Positions 16,729 through 21,911 of a DNA stretch of 21,911 bases are shown piece after piece. The number at the start of each line of letters is the position of its first letter. Positions within the stretch are counted from its first letter, which is position 1. The notes below the pieces were generated by a model. The model searched no databases and was not told the origin of the DNA. It saw nothing but the letters and a program-made list of their open reading frames with translations. A program made the position numbers and the translations under genes. The stretch is from Archangium sp. (GTDB lineage Bacteria; Myxococcota; Myxococcia; Myxococcales; Myxococcaceae), in contig JANLPS010000068.1 in the NCBI GenBank assembly GCA_031367385.1, positions 1 to 21,911 on the forward strand, written 5' to 3'.

Positions 16729-17511
16729 ATGACTTTCGAGAACATCAAATTGCAGTTCGAAGGGCCTGTCGCGATTCTCACCGTCGATCGCCCGAAGGCG
16801 CTCAACGCGCTCAACTCGGCCACGTTTCACGACATCGAGGTGGCGCTGAACCAGGTCGCGGGGCACTCGGATGCGCGGGCGTTGATTGTTACCGGTGGGG
16901 GCGAAAAGGCCTTCGTCGCGGGAGCAGACATCGCCGAAATGCAGCTCTACACACCAGTGAAAGCCCTCGCGTTTTCGCAGCTCGGGCACCGGGTGATGGC
17001 GCAGCTCGAGGCCTTGTCGGTGCCAACCATCGCCGCGGTCAATGGGTTCGCGCTCGGCGGCGGCTGCGAGCTGGCCCTCGCATGCGACCTCATCTATGCG
17101 AGCGAAAAAGCCAAGTTTGGTGTTCCAGAGGTCACGCTCGCCGTCATCCCCGGGTTTGGGGGCACGCAGCGGCTCACGCGATTGCTCGGTCGCGCCCGCG
17201 CCAAAGAGATGGTCTTCACCGGCGACATGGTCGACGCCGCCAAAGCCAAAGAGATCGGCTTGGTGCTCGAGGTGTTCGCACCTGACAAGTTGATGGCGCA
17301 CTGCCTCGAGGTCGCTCAGAAGATCGCCAAGCGCGGCCCACTGGCGGTCGCGCAGGGCAAGCGGGTCATCGAAGCGGGTGCAGATTTGGCGCTCAAAGAG
17401 GCCAATGAAATCGAGCGGCAGGCCTTCGGGTTGCTCTTTGGCACCGATGATCAAAAAGAGGGCATGAAGGCCTTTCTTGAAAAGCGCCCGGCTGCGTTTC
17501 GCAACAGCTGA
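16729..17511 (+). CDS. crt: Enoyl-CoA hydratase (crotonase)
   Basis: RPKALNALN, AFVAGADI, AVNGFALGGGCELALACD, FGVPEV..PGFGGTQRL, EGMKAFLEKR. Confidence 0.92.
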   Translation: MTFENIKLQFEGPVAILTVDRPKALNALNSATFHDIEVALNQVAGHSDARALIVTGGGEKAFVAGADIAEMQLYTPVKALAFSQLGHRVMAQLEALSVPTIAAVNGFALGGGCELALACDLIYASEKAKFGVPEVTLAVIPGFGGTQRLTRLLGRARAKEMVFTGDMVDAAKAKEIGLVLEVFAPDKLMAHCLEVAQKIAKRGPLAVAQGKRVIEAGADLALKEANEIERQAFGLLFGTDDQKEGMKAFLEKRPAAFRNS

Positions 17512-17553
17512 AGAACCTTGCCTCTGCGCTCGCGGGGGCCGATCTTCCCGGGC

Positions 17554-19128
17554 ATGCGCCCTCCATCAGCCTGGGACCGATTTCAGAAGTATCTGTGCAC
17601 GGTTGAGAGCCTCAAGCTCTCGGTCGATGTGTCGCACATGACGTTCTCTGACGAGTGGCTCGCGTCGATGCAGCCGGCGATGAACCGGGCCTTCGAGGCG
17701 ATGGCGGCGCTCGAGAAGGGTTCGATCGCGAACCCCGATGAGCAACGCAAGGTCGGGCACTACTGGCTGCGCGCGCCTGATCTCGCCCCGGCCGAAGAGG
17801 GCGGCCAGATTCGCGATGCGGTCAATCAGGTCAAGACCTTCGCGGCGAAGGTGCACGATGGGCGCGTCGGCCCGGCGGCGGGCAAGAAGTTCACCAAGCT
17901 GCTGGTGATTGGCATCGGGGGCTCGGCGTTGGGGCCACAGCTCGCGACCGACGCGTTGATTCGCGCCAATGACCCAATGCGCGCTTACTTCTTCGACAAC
18001 ACCGACCCCGACGGGTTCGATCGGGTCTTCGCGCAGCTGGGCTCGGCCTTGAACGAGACGCTCGTCGTCGTGATTTCGAAGTCGGGTGGCACCAAGGAGA
18101 CACGCAACGGCATGGTCGAGGCCCAGGCCGCATTCACGCGCGCAGGGCTCGACTTCAACAAGCACGCGGTTGCGGTGACCGGTGCTGGCAGTGAGCTCGA
18201 GAAGGCCGCCGCGAAGTGGCTCGCCCGATTTCCCATGTGGGACTGGGTAGGAGGTCGCACCTCGCAGACCTCGGCGGTCGGCTTGTTACCGATGGCGCTG
18301 CAAGGCCATGACATCGACGGGCTGCTCGAGGGTGCCCGCCTGACCGATCAAGCGACCCGCGTGTACGACACGATGAAGAACCCCGCCGCGCTGCTCGCGC
18401 TCGCTTGGCACTTCGGCAGCCAGGGCAAGGGCGCCAAAGATCTGGTGGTCTTGCCATACAAAGATCGCCTGCTGCTGCTCTCGCGATATCTGCAGCAGCT
18501 CGTCATGGAGTCGCTTGGCAAGGAGCTCGACCTCGACGGCAAGAAGGTGCAGCAGGGGCTCTCGGTGTACGGCAACAAAGGGTCGACCGATCAACACGCC
18601 TACGTGCAGCAACTGCGTGAAGGCGTGCCCAACTTCTTCGCGCTGTTCGTCGAGGTGCTCAAAGATCGCGACGGCCCTTCGATGGAGGTCGAGCCGCGCA
18701 CCACCAGCGGCGACTATCTGCTCGGGTTCATGCTCGGCACCCGCGCTGCGCTCAAAGAGAAGGGCCGCGAGTCGATCACCCTGACCGTGCCCGATGTCAG
18801 CGCAAGAACGTTGGGCGCGTTGATCGCCTTGTTCGAGCGAGCGGTCGGCTTTTACGGCTCGTTGGTGAACGTGAACGCCTACCACCAGCCCGGAGTCGAA
18901 GCCGGCAAGAAGGCCGCGACCTCGGTGCTCGCGCTGCAGCAGAAGGTGCTCGATGCGCTCGGGAATGGTGTCGAAGCGCGCACCGCTCAGCAGCTGGCCA
19001 GCGCGGTGTCGGCAGACCCTGAGACGGTCTTCAAGATTCTCGAGCACCTCTCCGCCAACGGGCGCGCAGCGGCAACCACGGGAGCGGGGTCGGTCGCTGA
19101 AATTCGCTTCAGCGCGATGCAGAAATGA
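17554..19128 (+). CDS. pgi: Glucose-6-phosphate isomerase
   Basis: [64 protein letters not shown]. Confidence 0.96.
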   Translation: MRPPSAWDRFQKYLCTVESLKLSVDVSHMTFSDEWLASMQPAMNRAFEAMAALEKGSIANPDEQRKVGHYWLRAPDLAPAEEGGQIRDAVNQVKTFAAKVHDGRVGPAAGKKFTKLLVIGIGGSALGPQLATDALIRANDPMRAYFFDNTDPDGFDRVFAQLGSALNETLVVVISKSGGTKETRNGMVEAQAAFTRAGLDFNKHAVAVTGAGSELEKAAAKWLARFPMWDWVGGRTSQTSAVGLLPMALQGHDIDGLLEGARLTDQATRVYDTMKNPAALLALAWHFGSQGKGAKDLVVLPYKDRLLLLSRYLQQLVMESLGKELDLDGKKVQQGLSVYGNKGSTDQHAYVQQLREGVPNFFALFVEVLKDRDGPSMEVEPRTTSGDYLLGFMLGTRAALKEKGRESITLTVPDVSARTLGALIALFERAVGFYGSLVNVNAYHQPGVEAGKKAATSVLALQQKVLDALGNGVEARTAQQLASAVSADPETVFKILEHLSANGRAAATTGAGSVAEIRFSAMQK

Positions 19129-19961
19129 CCACCTGGTCGCGGGTGTCGGTGCAAATCGTCACCCACCACAGCCGGGCCTGGGCACAGCCGCTCTCGGTCG
19201 CGCTCACAGAAGCCGAGCACATCGTCGTCGCCGACAATGCCAGCACCGACGGGAGCGCCGAGGCCTTCGCAGAGGCTTTGCCGCAAGCGAAGATCGTGAA
19301 GCTCCCGAGGAATTCAGGCTTCGGCGTGGCACACAACGCAGCCGCCGAGATGGGGCGGGGTGAGTTCATTCTGCTGCTCAACCCCGACTGCTCAATCGAC
19401 GAACCCGTGCTCTCGCAGCTTCAGAAGGTGCTCGATGAGAACTCGACCGTCGGCGCGGTGAGCCCGCAGCTGGTCAACGCAGATCGTTCACTCCAAGTGA
19501 CCGCGCGAAATGCGTTCTTCAAATCGCCTCGGCGCGTGCTGACCGAGGCCGGGCCCGTCGAGTGGCTCAGCGGGGCGTGTCTGCTCGTTCGGCGCACCGC
19601 GTGGCACGCGGTGGGTGGCTTCGACCCGAGGTATTTTCTCTTCTTCGAAGACGATGATCTCTGCCTTCGGCTGCAGCGCGCCAATTGGCAATGCTGGTTC
19701 GTACCGAGTGCCGTCGCCGTGCATCACGCTGGCACCGGCAGCGCCTTCTCGTGGTCGGTGTGGTGGCTGAAAAACTTTCACCAGGCGCGCAGTAAACGCC
19801 TCGCGCTGCGCACCTGGGTTGGCCCTTGGGCCGCTTGGAGATACCGCTTCGAGCTGTTGCTCGGCTCGCTCTTCGCGGTCGTCTTATACCTGCTGATTCT
19901 TCGACCAAGGCACGCGGTGAAGTGGGCCGCGTGGGGCGCCAGCGCGCTACTCGCCGACTGA
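19125..19961 (+). CDS. Glycosyltransferase family 2 (WbbL-like)
   Basis: [52 protein letters not shown] overlap with the pgi stop. Confidence 0.9.
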   Translation: MTTWSRVSVQIVTHHSRAWAQPLSVALTEAEHIVVADNASTDGSAEAFAEALPQAKIVKLPRNSGFGVAHNAAAEMGRGEFILLLNPDCSIDEPVLSQLQKVLDENSTVGAVSPQLVNADRSLQVTARNAFFKSPRRVLTEAGPVEWLSGACLLVRRTAWHAVGGFDPRYFLFFEDDDLCLRLQRANWQCWFVPSAVAVHHAGTGSAFSWSVWWLKNFHQARSKRLALRTWVGPWAAWRYRFELLLGSLFAVVLYLLILRPRHAVKWAAWGASALLAD

Positions 19962-21602
19962 GACGTACCGGTACGAGTGGTAAGTGTCATCGTACTTGCG
20001 ATCGGGGTCTTGGCTCTTGCCGAAGTTCACTTCACGCGCCAATGCCGACACCTTGGGCTTGCTCGCATCGGTCAACGCGTTGTCATCGAGGTTCAGCTTC
20101 TCGAGGTGCGCGAAGGCTTCTTTGTTGGCGACCATCACGTCGATGTCGTCGTCGGCGAGACACCCCATCGACAGGTCGAGGGAGGTCAGCTGCTTGAGCA
20201 CCTTGGCCTTGGGCAGCGCGGCGGCGATGTCATCGACGAAGGGGCAGTTCATCAACCCCAGGTGCTGCAGCTTCGGCCACCCACTCGCCGCGAAAATCGG
20301 AGCGACGTCTTTGATGCCGCCTGATGCCCCGTAGTTCGGGTCTCCGAACCAGAGCTCGAGCGACTCGAGGTTCGGCGTCTTCATCGCGCCAACGCTCTTG
20401 ATCGCTTCTTTGGTCAAGCCGCCCGTCTCGAGCGTCAGCGACTTCAGCTCAGGCAATGCGAGGTTCGTCGGCAGATCGATCGCGCCCGCCCGCAGCGTCA
20501 ATTTCTCGAGCTTCGGGAAGAACTGCAGCGCGCTGAGCATGCCCGTTCTGGTTCCAGAGATGTCCCAGTCGCCCGTGTCGCAGAAGTAGAGCTCGCGCAA
20601 CGTTCGTGGGCCCTGACGTGCCTCGAACGCTTTCATCAGCGGCGACATGTCCATCTCTTCTTCAGACGGCACCGGCCCCAGCTCGAGCTTCTGAATGAAG
20701 CGCGCGGCGGGGAGAGACAGCAGTGCTTCGAGATCTTCACCGGCCCGCTCCGCGCCATCGCCCTCTTCGTCGAATGCCGCCCATGACATCTTGGCCGACT
20801 TGATGAACCCATGGTGCCAGACCAGCTCGAGCTCGTTTTCGCCGCCCTCTTCGAAGGTCGAAAGCGCACCGAAGAAGTGCGCGTGGTTCTTCTTGAGCAT
20901 CGCGTTTGCCGCCGCCATCACCGAGGCATCGCCCGTCGTCGCTCCTCGGTGCTGCAGCACGATGAGCTCGCCCAACGGGTCACCCTTGCCTTGCAGCCAA
21001 TCGGCGTAGACCAGGTAGGCGTTGGCGTCGTCGAGGTTCTGTTCGATCGCCGCTTCCATCTCCGGGTTGCTCGGAGGAGGCGGTTTGCCACCCACCTCGA
21101 CGTACCCCTTCTTCATTTTCTCTTCGATCAGCTTCTTGGTGTCGCTCTTCGCCTCGCGCTCGCTGTCGAAGTCTTTTTCCTTCTCCTGGCCGTCGGTGCC
21201 GATGCGCCCGAAGCGAACGATTTGCTGTTCGCCCTCGACCTTGACCTCCCAGAACTTGCTCGAGCCGCCCTCGGTGGCCTCGAACCGGCGAAAACCGGCT
21301 TCGATCACGACCATCGTTCTCGGCGGGTCAGCTGCAGGCGGCGGAGGCGGAGCGGCTTTGCCGACCGGAGCGGCCGGCGAGGGCCCCGTGGCCACCTTCT
21401 CGAGGTACCCTTTGCCCGTTTTCTCGCGCACCAACTTGTCATGCAGCTTCTGCGCGCCATCAGCCGACCCCTCGTCTTTGACGGTGGTCTGCCCATTCGC
21501 GCCGATCTTGCCGTACCGCGTCAGTACCTGCGTCCCCTCGACCCACACTTCCCAGAACTTGTTCGACGACGCGTCGGAAAATTCGAAATAGCGCTTGGCC
21601 AT
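19947..21602 (-). CDS. Tandem WGR-domain protein with TIGR02996-like domain and C-terminal leucine-rich repeats (STM4015-like end)
   Basis: Two S.KFWEV...(Y/F)G(K/R)IG..GQ...K..KGY WGR units, AYLVYADWLQGKGDPLGELIVLQ, LRRs (LxxLxL), C-terminus RYVSVGE; ATG 21602. Confidence 0.85.
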   Translation of the reverse strand: MAKRYFEFSDASSNKFWEVWVEGTQVLTRYGKIGANGQTTVKDEGSADGAQKLHDKLVREKTGKGYLEKVATGPSPAAPVGKAAPPPPPAADPPRTMVVIEAGFRRFEATEGGSSKFWEVKVEGEQQIVRFGRIGTDGQEKEKDFDSEREAKSDTKKLIEEKMKKGYVEVGGKPPPPSNPEMEAAIEQNLDDANAYLVYADWLQGKGDPLGELIVLQHRGATTGDASVMAAANAMLKKNHAHFFGALSTFEEGGENELELVWHHGFIKSAKMSWAAFDEEGDGAERAGEDLEALLSLPAARFIQKLELGPVPSEEEMDMSPLMKAFEARQGPRTLRELYFCDTGDWDISGTRTGMLSALQFFPKLEKLTLRAGAIDLPTNLALPELKSLTLETGGLTKEAIKSVGAMKTPNLESLELWFGDPNYGASGGIKDVAPIFAASGWPKLQHLGLMNCPFVDDIAAALPKAKVLKQLTSLDLSMGCLADDDIDVMVANKEAFAHLEKLNLDDNALTDASKPKVSALAREVNFGKSQDPDRKYDDTYHSYRYVSVGE

Positions 21603-21693
21603 GGGGGCCGCAGCATCGCCCAGGCCCCACTCAAATGGCACTGGGGATTCGCTCTGCTGTACCTGGCGGCGCTGTGTTGCTATTCAAATTGCC

Positions 21694-21911
21694 ATGAACT
21701 TCGAGCTCACCGAGATACAGCGCGACATTCAAAAGCTGACGCGCGAGTTCGCCGCCCGAGAGCTGACCCCGAACGCCCGCAAGTGGGACGAGAACCATGA
21801 GTGGCCGACCGAGGCCGTGAAGAAGCTCGCCGAGCTCTCGCTGTTGGCCGTCGCGGTGCCTGAAGAAGACGGCGGCGCGGGTCTCGACAACGTCTGTTAC
21901 GCGTTGGCGGT
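21694..21911 (+). CDS. Acyl-CoA dehydrogenase, N-terminal part (runs off window)
   Basis: Own translation: MNFELTEIQRDIQKLTREFAARELTPNARKWDENHEWPTEAVKKLAELSLLAVAVPEEDGGAGLDNVCYALA, a typical ACAD N-terminus; not in the ORF track because it has no stop. Confidence 0.9.
   Translation, partial: MNFELTEIQRDIQKLTREFAARELTPNARKWDENHEWPTEAVKKLAELSLLAVAVPEEDGGAGLDNVCYALA

Noticed and set aside
1410..21800. Many long antisense or alternate-frame ORFs in the track (e.g. 1410-2630 -, 12651-13655 -, 15006-15950 -, 20811-21800 +)
   Set aside because: Shadow ORFs of high-GC codon usage overlapping well-supported genes; no motifs.

Overview
GC-rich bacterial DNA, most likely Myxococcota (MYXO-CTERM-like tail, DAG/DGG low-complexity linkers, Cys-rich lipoproteins, WGR/TIGR02996-type protein, mevalonate-pathway kinase). 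About 22 CDSs. Left arm: 5'-truncated psuG fused to a GspE/PilB N-terminal-type domain, a di-heme RoxA/CCP-like lipoprotein, and a 1078-aa 14-repeat surface protein. At 6147-6325 is a non-coding block of tandem 23-bp palindromes plus a heptamer minisatellite, across which G/C strand skew appears to flip. Then: phosphomevalonate kinase, a DUF1624-like membrane protein coupled to arsC, divergent arsR-acr3 with a 17-bp intergenic operator, a GNAT, a GT-C-like membrane protein, mrp/apbC plus two hypotheticals, two small lipoproteins, hbd-crt, pgi, a GT2, a 2xWGR-LRR protein and the start of an acyl-CoA dehydrogenase. No rRNA, tRNA, CRISPR, transposase or integrase seen. Best candidates for novelty are the PsuG-T2SSE_N fusion, the palindrome/minisatellite skew-switch site, the di-heme plus beta-propeller surface pair, and the arsC-coupled DUF1624 gene. 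All family calls are from motif recognition by eye, with no database searches.
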